Notes under the pieces: model-generated
Seen by the model: only the letters and a program-made list of their open reading frames with translations
The model's database searches: none
Told to the model about the DNA's origin: nothing
Made by a program: the position numbers and the translations under genes
Shown: piece after piece, positions 22,426 through 37,306 of the stretch
Layout of the letters: each line of letters begins with the position of its first letter
How positions within the stretch are numbered: the first letter of the stretch is position 1
From: Octopus vulgaris
Taxonomy: Eukaryota
Assembly: GCA_951406725.2 (NCBI GenBank)
Contig: OX597824.1
Span: forward strand, 49,724,001 to 49,788,000
DNA length: 64,000 nucleotides
Direction: 5' to 3'

Positions 22426-24151
22426 GGATGTACATACACAGAAAGAGAAATTAGATAGGTACATACATACATACAGTCAACAAATGAGATCCAGAGATAC
22501 TCGGTATAAAAAAAACACTTAATAGCGCTGAAATGAGTCAAATTGAGGCTATAGTAAAAGACATTGTCCAAGGTGACACACAGTAGGACTGAACCTGAAA
22601 CCAAGTGAACTTATTAGCCATACAGCCATGCCCGGTAAAATGAAACCTTGCGTATTTTGCGTTGAGAACTTATAAGTGAAATAAATGAATTTAAGGGAAG
22701 TAATTCATATGAAATAAGAATTCTTGGTTTAACCTTTTAGCATTCAGATTATTTTGTCAAATGTAATGATTATTTCTTCATATTCTTTTGCAATAATAAT
22801 GCATGATCTCAAAGCTTAAATATTTCAATGATGTGATTTCTTATTGGCAGAATGACATTGTAGGGTAGGTGTGAGAGGTTAGACCAGTTCAGCTTTAATG
22901 TAAAACAGGTATAACATTTGAGTCGGATGTGGCCGCTTTAAATACTAGAGGGTTATACAACTACCAGTGCTGCTTGCAATATTTTTTTTTTAATTGTATA
23001 ATAGAAAAATAGGATTAAAGAGTGGTGATATAATCTAACAAGAATATTTACCAGCTTGATATATTTAACTAGAATATTTACCAGCTTGATAAAAGTTCTA
23101 GTTATATTTTACAATACATACAATGCTGCAGCTTTTCAAAACTAAACTTTATCATAAGAGTTAATATATCATATGAATGTTCGATATAATCGACATTTCA
23201 TAAGAGAGCTCACTGTATTCGATACAGAAACTTCCTCTTTCTCATCTTTTCTTTCTTTTTATTCCATTTTCCTTAAATGACTCTACTACGACTGAACTAC
23301 CATTTAGATATACACCCTTTGGTAAACACGAGGAACAGATATAAAAGTGGTAAGTCATCTCCTGAAGAAACTGGTGCTTATCACCCTGTTTACTGCGGAA
23401 ATGAGATATATTTCTTCAAAATTTTATTACCTTTAACTGCAGAAAGTAGTTTTATATAACAATCTAACTTTTGCTGAAGAACGTAATGTTGGAAACTATT
23501 TTCCGCTGAAATATGTCAAGTTTATTGAAGCAACATGACATACAAAAAATACCAGTTCATTTTTTGTCTGATATTTCACATCATTACTGGAATAACCATG
23601 AAATTTAATTTTGCAGTTTAAGGGTTAAAATCACTCGAGCAGTTTTGTTTTTATTTGTTAAGTCATTTACAGTTATTCCTACAAAGATTTTAACTTGTTT
23701 TTCTTGGTCGCCTGCAGTTTCATTTCTTCTGTTTATAGAGAAAAAGATTCTCATTTTGACTTCAAAGTAATTATGACGCCTTTAACAACTATAAAATGAC
23801 GGTATGCTTATAGAATCCTTTTTCACCACTAAAGATCGAGTAAGCATGTGAAACTTCTGGTCTTAAGATCTGGAGCAATATTGATAAATATCTAATTTAA
23901 AATATACAAATATAAGCTATAACTGTTCTCCAGTGTATATAAATGTTTAATTACAAACGTATTTACATAGCACTGTTTTATTCAGTACTTTGTAACCGTT
24001 CATTCATTACATTGATCGAATATTCTTTATTTAGTTCTTACATCTAAATGCACGCGCAAAAATACATATGCATACATACAATCATATATACATATACATA
24101 TATGTGTTTGTGCGTGTATGTATACATGTTATATTTATTAAATATATATAT

Positions 24152-24290
24152 AGGCGCAGGCATGGCCGTGTGATAAGAAGCGTGCTTCCCAGCCACATGG
24201 TTCTGGGTTCAGTCCCACCGCGTGGAACCTTGGGCAAGTGCCTCCTACTATAGCCTCGGGCCGACCAAAAGCCTTGTGAATGGATTTGGC
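24152..24290 (+). mobile_element. Truncated tRNA-derived SINE head
   Basis: GGCGCAGGCATGGCCGTGTGATAAG...GGTTCAGTCCC...CCTTGGGCAAGTG, same family as 30141-30595. Confidence 0.8.
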
Positions 24291-24479
24291 AGAATGACAT
24301 TGTAGGGTAGGTGTGAGAGGTTAATATATATATTAGAAGTATGTTACAAAAAGAAAATAGAAACTACACGTGGAAAAATAAGCGAAATTGCACATTGGAA
24401 ATCAAAAAATTAAAGGCTTTTTAGGAAAAGTAACGATAGGTATACACAATTAGATGAACTGAGGTAAGAATAAAAGTAA

Positions 24480-26245
24480 TAAAAGTCATTATTGTGAATT
24501 GTTAAAGAGATTCAAAAGCATACCGGTTTCGTAAAATTATTAATCATTGCTTTGAATGCACACCGATTACTGAACGGTGTCAGGTCTACTATTTCCTGAG
24601 TAAAAAGATTATGTGTAAGAGAAGTAAGTAGTTCTGTATTTGGTGCAATTAGGGTAGATATAGATCTGTAATGTGAATGGTGTATGGGATGTATGGGGTT
24701 TAGTGGTATTAATTGAAAGGTTAGTAGTGTTCTGTATTATGTTATGTGTTCATATTGAGTTGTGGAATATATTTATTGATGAAAGTTGCCTCTTTATTCA
24801 TTCTTTGTTGTACTGAGGTGTTCTGTGAACATTGATAGAAGGGGAAAATAGGAAATTAGGATTAAGATTCCTAGCACACCTTTCTATGTATTCACTGACC
24901 TGTATCTGTTTGTATTGTGGGGAGCGGATTTGTTCTTTGTGGAGAGTGGTTCTTCGACGGCGTGATATCCCTGTTTGGCAAATATATAATTATTTCCACA
25001 CCCTAAGCAAGTAATGGCATAGATTATATCTTTCGAGGCATAGGCGAAATTTGATTTAATCTTAAATATTTCACTTTGTTTAAAGTGTAACTCTGAACCC
25101 TCCAAAAGGTAGGGGCGTGTACCACAGTTAGGTCGACCACATTTTTTCCCTTTTAGTTCTGTTGTTAATGGATATAGTCTTACGCTGGTTAATATTTTTT
25201 CAATGATTTGTGTTGCATTTTGCTTATGATAATTTTGTGTGAGCCGAAAATTTTGTTCATTGTTTTATCTCCTGTGAGGATGGGTAGATTTTGGATGATA
25301 ATGTCGAAGGCTTCGTTGTTTCCAGGGTTATGCGTGGAGATGTATGGGAGTATTTTAAAATCTGGTTTAGTATTTCGGTTGACTTCACTTAATGTTCGTA
25401 TATCTATTTCCTTAGCTCGTTTAATGCCATCATTTATTAATGATATTGGGTAATGTCTTTTGATTCGTATTGATCTGAGTTCAAAGAGTCTTCGTTCACG
25501 AGTATAGGTGTCCGAAACTATGATACATATTCTTTTCGCTAGATTATAAGGTATATTAATTTTTATGTGTTTGGGGTGGCATGAGTTGAATAATAGGTAT
25601 TGTTTAGAATCTATGGGTTTATAGATGTTTGATTCGGTGTGGTTATTGACTATTTTAACAAGGATGTCAAGAAAAGGGAGTTGTTTACTGCTGTGCTCTA
25701 TGGGGAATTGTATGTTAGGCATTATTTTGAAATCGAGGAGTTTGTCCATGCTGTCTTTCCAAAGTATAAAGCAATCGTCCAAATACCTCTTCCAGTTCTC
25801 CTTTAAATAGCAATGAAATGAGGTGCCATATTTTTGTAGTGATGATGGATATATTTTAAGCTCTAGGTAATCCATTACAAGGTTCGCAATCACTGGAGCA
25901 GCTCGGGTTCCCATTCCAATTCTACATTTTGTCGATAGTAAACTGTATCGAACACGAAATAGTTGTTCAGTAGGATGAATTTGTGTGTTGCGATTATGAA
26001 CCTGTGGTTGATACATCCTGGGATCTCTTCTGAGTATTTTTCTATCCAGAAGGTGATCGCTTCTATACCATAATCGTGTGGGGTATTGGTGTACAAATTC
26101 ACCACATCGAATGATACTAACAGGGTTCCTTCATTTATTGTCTTCGGAAGGTGGTTAAGCATGACTAAGTAATCCCTGATGAAGCTTTTCACATATTTTA
26201 GAAACGGTTTGAGTAAGATGTCGAGGAAGTTGCTCAAACGGTGGG
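24480..26245 (-). mobile_element. Penelope-like retroelement, 5'-truncated and frameshifted (RT + GIY-YIG)
   Basis: RT motifs LVSFDVVNLYTN, MGTRAAPVIANL, RYLDDCFILW, LPFLDILV, YLLFNSCHP; GIY-YIG IIYAITCLGCGNNYI; decayed hammerhead at the 3' end. Confidence 0.92.
24510..24557 (-). ncRNA. Decayed type I hammerhead in Penelope 3' end
   Basis: ATTCAAAGCA-ATGA-ttaataattttac-GAA-ACCGGT-A-TGCTTTTGAAT; stem I and palindromic stem III kept, CTG of the core missing. Confidence 0.55.
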
Positions 26246-26296
26246 TTTATCAAGCATACATATACACATATACGGTGGGTTTCACAAGCATACATA

Positions 26297-26350
<54 letters not shown>

Positions 26351-26448
26351 CGACTAAAGGCGGTGCTCCAGCATGACTACAGTCAAATGACTGAAACAAG
26401 TAAAAGAATAGTTTATATATTTATATTATTTATATATACATACATACA

Positions 26449-26679
<231 letters not shown>

Positions 26680-26696
26680 GGAGAGGATGAGAGAGA

Positions 26697-26754
<58 letters not shown>

Positions 26755-27238
26755 AAGAAAGAGGGACACAAAGGAAGAAAGAACCTAGAAAGAAATGTCG
26801 ATATGACATCATCGATATTTCAAATTTCTTGAAAATAAATTACAAAGTATGCCGAAGAATGAACGAAAGGACTTTAGGATATTCTTTTAAACTTACCAAA
26901 ACTACCAGCATCTGGAAACGGCACGAAGACACTATAACCATAATAACAGCCGTTCTCTGAGAGATCCCCAGCTGTTTAACTGTTTACCCCCAAGAATATT
27001 AATAAAAAAATAAGAATATTAAAAAAAAAACAAAAACAAAGCAAATCTAAAAAGAAAGGAACAAACAAAAACAGCAAAATCTGTAAATTTGACAGATTTT
27101 TCTCAAATGTCCTCGATAAGCCATCTTCATCATACTATAATCCGAATAAAGCAGCAGCCTAGAGCCCTTCACTGATTTATTGCCTATCGAACACAACATT
27201 ACAGACACTGAAAACCACTGCTACAAATATTGATTACA

Positions 27239-27297
<59 letters not shown>

Positions 27298-27520
27298 TTA
27301 ATTCTCGTATAATGATTTCTTAGCACAAATGTTACCATTACTTATATTTGGGAACTAAACTAGGATTGAGCGATAAATACATATTTACATTTTTAAAACT
27401 AAGAGCGGACACAAATGACCCTTCATTGTGTAAGTGTGTGTGTTGTGCATACTACATATTATGTTGTATATTTCTCTCCCCTCTTTCTCTCTCTGCGTGC
27501 ATATGTATATTCACACATAC

Positions 27521-27588
<68 letters not shown>

Positions 27589-27697
27589 CATGTGCGCATA
27601 ATACATATGTGTGGTGTATATCTCTCTCCTCTCTTTCTCATTCCGTGTATATTTGTATACACACATACGTAATATATAAGTTTGTGTGTGTGTATGT

Positions 27698-27784
<87 letters not shown>

Positions 27785-28079
27785 CGTGCGTTTCTGTGTG
27801 CATAATACATAAAACTACTTGGGTGAGATATACATACATGTATACATGTAAATAGAGAGAAAGCAAGGACTGAAAATTTTCAGTCGGCAAATATTCAAGT
27901 ATAAATACATATAGATATTTATATATTAACGGACCAAACTTACACAGAGTACAAAGACAGTAATGGAAGCATATAAACATTGGGTAGATTCGGCTTCCGT
28001 CTTCAGGATGGAGAGATAAAAATCTACTCCTTTAATACGTAATATATATATGTTGTATATCTCTCTTTTTCTCTTTCTT

Positions 28080-28136
<57 letters not shown>

Positions 28137-28387
28137 GCATACATATATGTATATACGCACATGCATAATATGTGTGATTTGACTGTCGAAAGTTGACATC
28201 TACACGGAATTTCGTTCTGGGCTGGGCTGTTTGAAGCCTGTCAAGCCTTGATAAACATATCTATTCTACCCATCAGATTAAGTTGAGTTCTATATCAGTT
28301 AATGTTTGTAGTTGTTGCTATACGATAGAATGGACAACAGCAGTCTGATAATTTTCTTCATTTGTTATGCTGATAAAAGAGAATATC

Positions 28388-28473
<86 letters not shown>

Positions 28474-28599
28474 TAAAGGGGAGATGCTGATGTAATGCAT
28501 GTAAATTTTTAACAAAGAATTGATTTCAATAATTAAAGGTTAGGAAACATTCGTCAAATAGCCAGTCCTACCGCTGTTTGACTGAGTAAGATTGATAGA

Positions 28600-28650
<51 letters not shown>

Positions 28651-28757
28651 GAGGAAGAAGAAGAAAGATAATTGTGTTTTGAGTTAGTGGTAGAGAGATC
28701 GGGAGAGAGGTAAAAAGACCACAGAGAGATAAATAAATAAATAAAGGGTGTTTGAGT

Positions 28758-28831
<74 letters not shown>

Positions 28832-28909
28832 TAGACAGACAGAAGAAGAGTAGGGCACGAAACGAAGAAAGACGGGGAAAAATAGAGAAAGAAAAAAATG
28901 TGAGTCAGT

Positions 28910-28980
<71 letters not shown>

Positions 28981-30140
28981 AGACAGACAGAGAGATGGGG
29001 GAGAGAGGAGACTGAGTGTGAAAGACAGAGAAAGAAATATAAACATTTGGAACCTCCACCTGCATTTTCTGTCAGTTGCACCAGTGTGAAACCCCAAGTC
29101 CTTACATAGGGCTCATTCCCTCATTGAGTGTCACCATAGGTACATCTACAGGGCCTGGCATATGGCTTCGGAGGTACTTTTTCTGTCTCTGCTTTTGAAT
29201 TCTGTTAATGTTGTCATTAGTGAGTTTTCCTTTTCTTCTTTTGTTAATCTTACACCATCTCATTTCAAAAAACTCTTCCAGTTTTCTCCAGCGATGGGCG
29301 AAACCCTAAAACATAAATTTATGTGGGTGTTCTCAAAGAAAGCCTTGCATAAAAGTTAGGCTCATGTTCGACCTCGACGGCAACATATTTCAGTAACAAG
29401 AAACGGGATTAAAATGAAAAGAGCAAAACGATAAAAACGCTCACTATCTAAAATGTGGGCCAGGCTATATTGTTTCCGGTTGTGTATGTTGTATACCGAT
29501 GCCATTTTATTTATCCTAGCAAACAAATTTTTTTTTATCAATTTAGGAGTAAAATAATTGAAGCAATTAATTAAAATAAGGATCGTTTTGGACAAAACTA
29601 CATATTCTACAGCAAAACTGAACATTCTCAAACCAATACTACGCAATGCTTTTGAAGATGTCATTAAAAATAAAATGATTATAACTGTACTTAACTCTTA
29701 GCCTGTACTGTGAATTATCGCATGAAATATACAGGACATATTACCTTGGAGCTCATGCAACATATAAAATATACTTTCTCAATTTGTTTCAACCGCTAGA
29801 GTAACTTGTAACTTATCAAAGGAAACTTCATATTATTCAGAACATACGAAATAAAAGCTAACTAAATGTCTCAAAACAAGCAAGGACGTTTAGAACAATT
29901 TATGAAATTGCTTTGGTTAGGCAAAAGATTAAATTTGATTACAGAAATATACATAGTTCTTGAACGACGGCTATTTTTTGTTCCTTAAGATCATCGAATG
30001 CGGAATTAAAGAAACGAACTAATTTCTCGACAGCTCAGTAATGTTTGATTTAAGTTGATTTACTGGCATTGAAAATGAACATGCTTTTGGAGTAGGGACT
30101 CCATAATATTGCAAATACACACACACACACACACATCTAT

Positions 30141-30305
30141 AGGCGCAGGAGTGGCTGTGTGGTAAGTAGCTTGCTTACCAACAACATGGTTCTAGGTTCA
30201 GTCCCACTGTGTGGTACCTTGGAGAAGTGTTTTCTACTATAGCCTTGGGCCGACCAAAGCCTTGTGAGTGGATTTGGTTGACGGAAACTGAAAGAAGCCG
30301 TCGTA

Positions 30306-30384
<79 letters not shown>

Positions 30385-30595
30385 ATATGTTTGTGTTTGT
30401 CCTACCAGCTCCGCTTGACAACCGATGCTGGTGTGTTTACGTCCCCGTAACTTAGCGGTTCGGCAAGAGAAACCAATAGAATAAGTAGTAGGCTTACAAA
30501 GAATAAGCCCTGGGGTCGATTTGCACGACTAAAGGTGGTGCTGCAGTCAAATGACTGAAACAAGTAAAAGAGCAAAAGAGTAAAGAGTAAAGAGT
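30141..30595 (+). mobile_element. Full-length tRNA-derived SINE with internal (TA)n/(TG)n microsatellite
   Basis: A/B-box head GGCGCAGGAGTGGCTGTGTGGTAAG...GGTTCAGTCCC, central (TA)n, tail ACTGAAACAAGTAAAAGAG; many partial copies in window. Confidence 0.88.
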
Positions 30596-30836
30596 ATATA
30601 TATATATATATATACATACACACACACATGCTTACATACAATGGAAGACATTTTTTACACACTACTCCAAAAAGAAAGTCAAGAAACATATATCATTTGC
30701 TTTGTATTTGTGTCAAATCAACCCCAGTACTAATTCTCACGTCTGGTATTTATTCTATCATTCTCTGTTTCCGAACCGCTAGGTTGTGGGGAAATAAACA
30801 AACCAACAAGCGGTGTGGTGGAGCACACACACACGC

Positions 30837-30868
<32 letters not shown>

Positions 30869-31225
30869 TCGTATATTTATCTACGACGGCCTCCAAAGTA
30901 GTAGCCATCTACTAAATTAAATCACAAACAATTGATCGGCCCTGGGCTATATCAGAAGACACTTGCCCAAGGTGTGGCACAATGGAATTGAGCCCAAAAC
31001 AAGTGGTTGCAAAGCGAACTTCTTAACCACACAGCCATGCCTGCGTCTATATATGTAACATACTTTTAACATGCTTTAACATTTTTTTCAAGAATTACCG
31101 AATGAATAAAATATATGAATTATAACCTGAACTTGGTTAGCAGCGCAAAAAACCGGCGATAGCATAGCAAAGCAGAATGATGCTGACATCATCTTTCAGC
31201 TTTGACTACAGAAAGTTATGTCAAA

Positions 31226-31378
<153 letters not shown>

Positions 31379-32394
31379 CATATATATATATATGTATATA
31401 TATATATGTATATAAATGTATACATATATATATATATATATGTATATATCTATATCTATGTGTGTGCGTATGTGCATGTGCATGTATATGTATATATATT
31501 ATGACGTAACAATACACAGGACGTTGCATAATTCAATTCTTATAGTCCAGTATATCTTTTAATAATAAACGCGAAAGTCTGTCCGTCTCAGACCCCTGTA
31601 TTTCAGTCTACATTTGCTCTACATAGACATATTATACCTTTTTGGAATCATGACGATTCTGGGGTTGAAAATCTGCCCTTCAATTGGTTCTCGAACATCC
31701 AGAATTGGAATCTGATTTAAAAGCATTTGGGTTGCTATTTCTAGCTGGTTAATGCTTGGCTGATTCATGCATCTTGGTTGGTGCTTGTCAGATGACATCA
31801 AAGATCAAGGGGGAGATAAATGACATTCGCTTCGTTAATTTTACGCTGAGATAAGAACTTAGCCAGTAGTTGGAATTCAACCTGGGACTGGAACAATAGA
31901 ATGACTGCATTACAGAATGAATTCTCATCTGTCCTTAACCTCTGATCAGACACAACCGGGGCATATAGTCATAATAGATGTATTATAGTCATACTACTTA
32001 GTTCTCTTTTGTTTTGGGCTGCAGGCCTGATTAGCCCTCCGCAGGAGCTAACTTAAATGTCCGCAAGGAGTGCTGCTTTTAAGCTAGTATATTAGTATAA
32101 ATCAAATGACATATTCTGAAGTTTATTCAACAAAATTAATTTTCACAATAAAAATTAATACTACTAATGTTACTGATTGTACTTTTGCAAAAACATCTTT
32201 CACCGGAGTTTTTGAGTTCGTTTCATGCAGTCATCGTTTTTTACAACTCCCTGATGGGCCTCATATTTACATAAGACATAAAGTTGAAATTTAAGGGAAA
32301 TTTGGCTGCTATTTCAACCAAGTCTAGTGACCGCTGAGTAGTTCCCTCATTGGTTTTTACATACATGTATATATATGACAGCAGGGTATGGTTT

Positions 32395-32587
32395 CAGAGG
32401 GAGGTGATTCTGCACTGGTGTCGCACCGAATTGTTGGAGACAAAGTGATGCCATCGGACACGAAGGATGCGGCGTAGACAGAGGTGATCGAAGGATTCTA
32501 GTCGCTTAATATCTTCTGGTCGGCGTTTGTGAGAGATGCAGCATTGAGGATAAGTGAAGCCATCTCAACCCACCCCGGGTGAATGCT

Positions 32588-32619
<32 letters not shown>

Positions 32620-32683
32620 AAGAAGAAGAAGAAGAAGAAGAAGAAGAAGAAGAAGAAGAAAAAGAAGAAGAAGAAGAAGAAGA
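32395..32683 (+). mobile_element. Short 5'-truncated retroposon (RTE-like 3' end) with (GAA)n tail
   Basis: Perfect 12-bp TSD AGGGTATGGTTT at 32383-32394 and 32684-32695 around a unique segment plus (GAA)n. Confidence 0.75.
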
Positions 32684-33221
32684 AGGGTATGGTTTGATGG
32701 TGTACAGCCTGTGTTGTCTATTGTATCTATCTGAAATATAAAGGTTTCTCTCGTTGACCCATATATAAGAGCTGTGATTTGAAGGTTTGGCTGCTATTTC
32801 TACCAAGCCAAGATGACATGTAAAAGCCTTTACACATACACGTGCATAGATTAGACAATTGAATATGATTAAATGACAATTTGGCGATAAATAGTTAGAT
32901 AGACAAATAGGACAATTTCTGTACTTGACAGTGTCTGCATGATGAAAAAATGTTTCTCCATTGTTAACCTACTCTCGGGATGACGAACACATACAGCAGT
33001 GTGGCAAGTAGCAAATAATAATACTTTGCCATCACGATATCGAAGATACTTTAACGAATAACGCAGAAACACAGGTAGCCAGAAAATCACATTTGCCCCC
33101 GTTTATATTACCCCTCCTGTGCCCTTCGAAGCTAGGAAACTATAAAAATGGCATTTGTGTCGGCTTACATACTTACCAGCAGTGCATCTCTGGTACATGC
33201 ATATGTGCACACACACACGCA

Positions 33222-33254
<33 letters not shown>

Positions 33255-33654
33255 ATGCACACACTCAAACGCTCACTATAGGCTGCGTTTCTCTAATCTG
33301 TTTCTATGTTATGCATGAAAGTATACAAGCAAATCTAAAGGGAATCATAATGTCCATTCTGCCTATTATTTGAAGCCATCAGTTCTAGATAGTCATTAGT
33401 ATTTCCTTCCGTATACGGTTGGATTCTCAATTGCACTTTTTATGCCTTTGTACCTTAGAACCTCGGAAAGATCTACGGATTGTGCTCTAAACTCAGTGCT
33501 AAATATCAGAGTCGTGACAGACTACAGTACCCAGCACTGAAAGATCTACATACACGTACAGTAGTACATACTGAGGTGTATAGGCATATTTAAAGAAACA
33601 TGTGTGTGTGTACGTGAGTCTGTGTGTATATATAAATATATATACATACATACG

Positions 33655-33709
<55 letters not shown>

Positions 33710-33845
33710 TGAAGTAGATAAATGAATTATCTTATTATGGATTATTCAAATGATAACCGATACCTGGGTAGCAAAAATCACAACAGAAAAAGCACGGTTG
33801 AGGTTACGACCATGGGGTCTAAAATCCGTGCCTTAGTACGGAAAT

Positions 33846-33870
<25 letters not shown>

Positions 33871-33877
<7 letters not shown>

Positions 33878-35150
33878 GGGAAGCAAAATTTACAATATTT
33901 TGAGGCAGGGATTGAAAGACAGTGTATGACCAATTAGTTTATTGAAAGTTATGAGAATTTATTTGCCAAAAGAAAATTTACGTAATAGAAAATGTTTTTA
34001 TTCTATGTGTCTTCCTTCTTTCTCATTAACTGCCATCACACGCTTCCTGAAACTTGCACAAGTGTTCCTCAATTATTCGGGAGACAACATCTCCCATTCT
34101 TCTTTAATAGTATCTTTAAGAGAGTCGACATTGCTGTGTGATGTTCTATTGGTAGCATGTTCTAAAACGCACCAAATAGCATAATCCAGAGGGTTTAGAT
34201 CTGGGCTAGATGGCGGCCATAAACATGATTCTAAAAAATTGCTAAAGTTGGATTTGCAGAAATCTTGTATTTTTCTAGCTGTGTGGTCTGGAGCACCATC
34301 CTGTGTCCATACATAATTACCATCTAGGTAGTTTGCTTTAAGCCATGGCAATAACTGGTATCTCAGTCTTGTAGTAAGTATTAACATTGATCTTTTCATC
34401 AGCTTTGTAGAATTTTATAAGCATTTTCTTTCCATCGGAAGCCACAATACCAAAAGCCATAACTTGAGCAGGATGTTTCGTTTTGAATGTCTCCTTAACC
34501 TCAGCTGTCGATTTTGCAATAAATCTGTCATTTCTGCGGTTCAGAACAGCATCGACAGTGAAGATCTTTTCATCTGAAAAGATCGTTATAATGGAGGACC
34601 TTTTCTTGAACCATGTAATAATTTTCTTGCCCCTTTCCAATCTCTTTTCCTTCATAGCTGTTGTTAACAAGTGTTTTGGTGTTCTTGTGTAAAATTTTAA
34701 CCTCAAATCATATTTTACTGCATTTCTAATGGTCTTGTTGTCTACCTCAAGTTCAATTGCCATTATCCTCATGGATTTGTTTGGATCCTTTAGGATTTTT
34801 GATTTGAGAGCTTTAATAAAAGCTTTGGTAGATTTTTTGTTGATTCATCCACTTCCAGACTTCCTCGTAATAGCTTTGCTCATAGTCATTCTATTCTTTA
34901 CATTATAAACAGTCTTTATGGACACTCCAACTATTCTTGAAATCTCCTTTGTTGTGACGAGTGCAAATCACACACTCTTTGACGTTTGCTTTCCTGATTA
35001 CTCATATGGCAAAAGTTTCTGAAAAGGTAAGGATAATAATGTTAGGTATGATTATAACATCAATATATGCTAGGTTTCAAAGCAATTGACTTAGTGCCTG
35101 CTGAGAAAAAACAACTTAACGTTTATTGTAAATTTTGATTCCCCACCCTG
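33871..35150 (-). mobile_element. Near full-length Tc1/mariner DD37D (maT) transposon, inactivated
   Basis: TIRs (GTGGGGAAGCAAAATTTACAATA / TATTGTAAATTTTGATTCCCCACCCTG|TA); transposase FSDEKIF...QDGAP-x-SPDLNPLDY with 37 residues between the 2nd and 3rd D. Confidence 0.93.
33998..35005 (-). pseudogene. DD37D transposase pseudogene
   Basis: ATG at 35005 (MSNQESKRQRVCDL), frameshifts and stops, pieces in ORFs 34338-34772 and 34073-34399. Confidence 0.88.
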
Positions 35151-35703
35151 TACATATATATGTATATATACATACACATATACATATATATGTATATTAA
35201 TATATTAATTGATAGGTAGATGGCTAGATGGATAGATAGATAGAAACTTTTAGATCAGCGCTCAGTTCATATATGTTTGAGACATAATTAATCTGTAAAA
35301 AAGCTGTTTTCTTGCAATTTGTCTTGGAGAAAATTCTCGCCTCAAGCAATAGGTATCAAAACACCAAAAACCATTTGACGGTGCCGTCTGGTAGACCGAT
35401 GAATGCATTTCAAGCTATTTGGTTATCATCAGCATTGTGCCCCATAAGATAGACAACCCTGAAATGACTCGGGAAATCATGGTTTCCTTATGGAAAATTA
35501 GTATAATTCATGAAATGATTCGTACGACGCTTGCTGGGCTACATAAAATATGTAGTAGGCACCTGAAAGAGTATTGTGAACTAAACAAACATTTAAATCA
35601 GTTGAAATATTTCTGTAACGTATGGAGAAAATTTTCGCTTTAAGCAATCCGTGTCAAAACAATCAGTTCATAGGAAATTTCAGCAAAATTGCTTTTTCAA
35701 AAT

Positions 35704-35767
<64 letters not shown>

Positions 35768-35769
35768 CT

Positions 35770-36290
35770 CTGACGTATACATCAAAGGCATGTCAAAACA
35801 GCAGGTATTTACACCTTTAAAAACAAGGAATATTGGTGGAACATCCCAATTAAAAAAGGCGATTCGGTGCTAACATAACAGACCTGATATTGTTCTGCGG
35901 GACAGAACAAAAGTCATGCACTATTGTAGATGTCGGTTGCCCAGTGGATGTGAATGTACAATCAAAAGTCTAGGGAAAAGAGAACGTTTATGGCGAATTA
36001 ATGCAGAACTTACAGCTCAAGTACCCAGACTATGACTTCTCATTTGTATCTATCATCATAGTCATGTACGAACAAATTTACGCAAAAACCTTGAAACATT
36101 CTCCGTGAAACATTTGGTTTCAAGGAGAAAGAGCAAAAGAAACTGACGCGGATTCTCTAAATCCATTCTATTAGTGGCACAGTGAAGATTTGTAAGACAT
36201 TTTCCATCCAAGATTCTTATGTGAATAGATGCACAACTAACACACCAATGCAACCACATATTTACAAACATCGGGAAATGTCTTAACTCA
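35770..36290 (+). mobile_element. Degraded RLE-type LINE (R4-like) 3' fragment between (CA)n arrays
   Basis: HNRPDIVL...IVDVGCPVDVNV...KENVYGEL restriction-like endonuclease motifs. Confidence 0.65.
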
Positions 36291-36364
36291 AAAAGTCTTG
36301 TCGCTTTGTTAGCGATCGGACTGAATTCTCCCAAGAAGAATTCAAATAAAACTAGAAGAAAAAT

Positions 36365-36455
<91 letters not shown>

Positions 36456-37224
36456 TATTCATTGAAATCCACAGTACCAGACATACACGGCTCACGCAAA
36501 TTCAGTTTCGAATAATGTCATTCTAGTATACCCAAGTATTATTAAGTACACTGTTTTACTTAATTGCAATATGTGCGTGTGTGTGTGTGTGTGTGTACGC
36601 GCGCGCGTGCACATCTATATATATGTGTGTATATGTGTATACATGTATGTATATGTATGAATATATGTATGTATGTATGTATGCATGTATGTATGTATAT
36701 GCGTTTGGGTATTCAAACAAGGGAAAAGGTATTCAATGGCTGCAATAGAGTTTGTATATTAGTTTCAAGCTTATGATTCATTCCATCATCTCAGTGGCTG
36801 GTTGACTGGTCGGGAGGTTGTTATTCTGAAGAGGATCGTTGATGCCCCTTTCTCCCTTTAACGAAACCTTACAAAGTTCCAGCAACTTCGAGAAAGAGGC
36901 TAAGGAGAAATAAATTGGGTTGAGGGTGGGAAGATTGATATATAGCGAACGATAGAAATGGATATAGCAATATGGCCGTGATGAGTTTCAAAGTCGGAAT
37001 GAGAGTGGGTAAGAAGGAAAGAAATAGAGAAAAACAAGGGAAGATAACCAGGAGATTGATAAGATACGGAGTAGAGAGCTAGCTACACGTCAATGCGCTA
37101 ACAAGTTGAAAGGCCGATTTTGGTATATCACCTTACCAGACCCACTTAACATACATCGCCGTTTGACCACTATGTCTGTCGGTTTCTCTCTCTTTGCTTA
37201 CATAGATAGAAATATGTATATATG

Positions 37225-37306
<82 letters not shown>

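Noticed and set aside
31638-31725. Imperfect long hairpin as a pre-miRNA
   Set aside because: Many bulges, no mature miRNA recognised; more likely part of an old repeat
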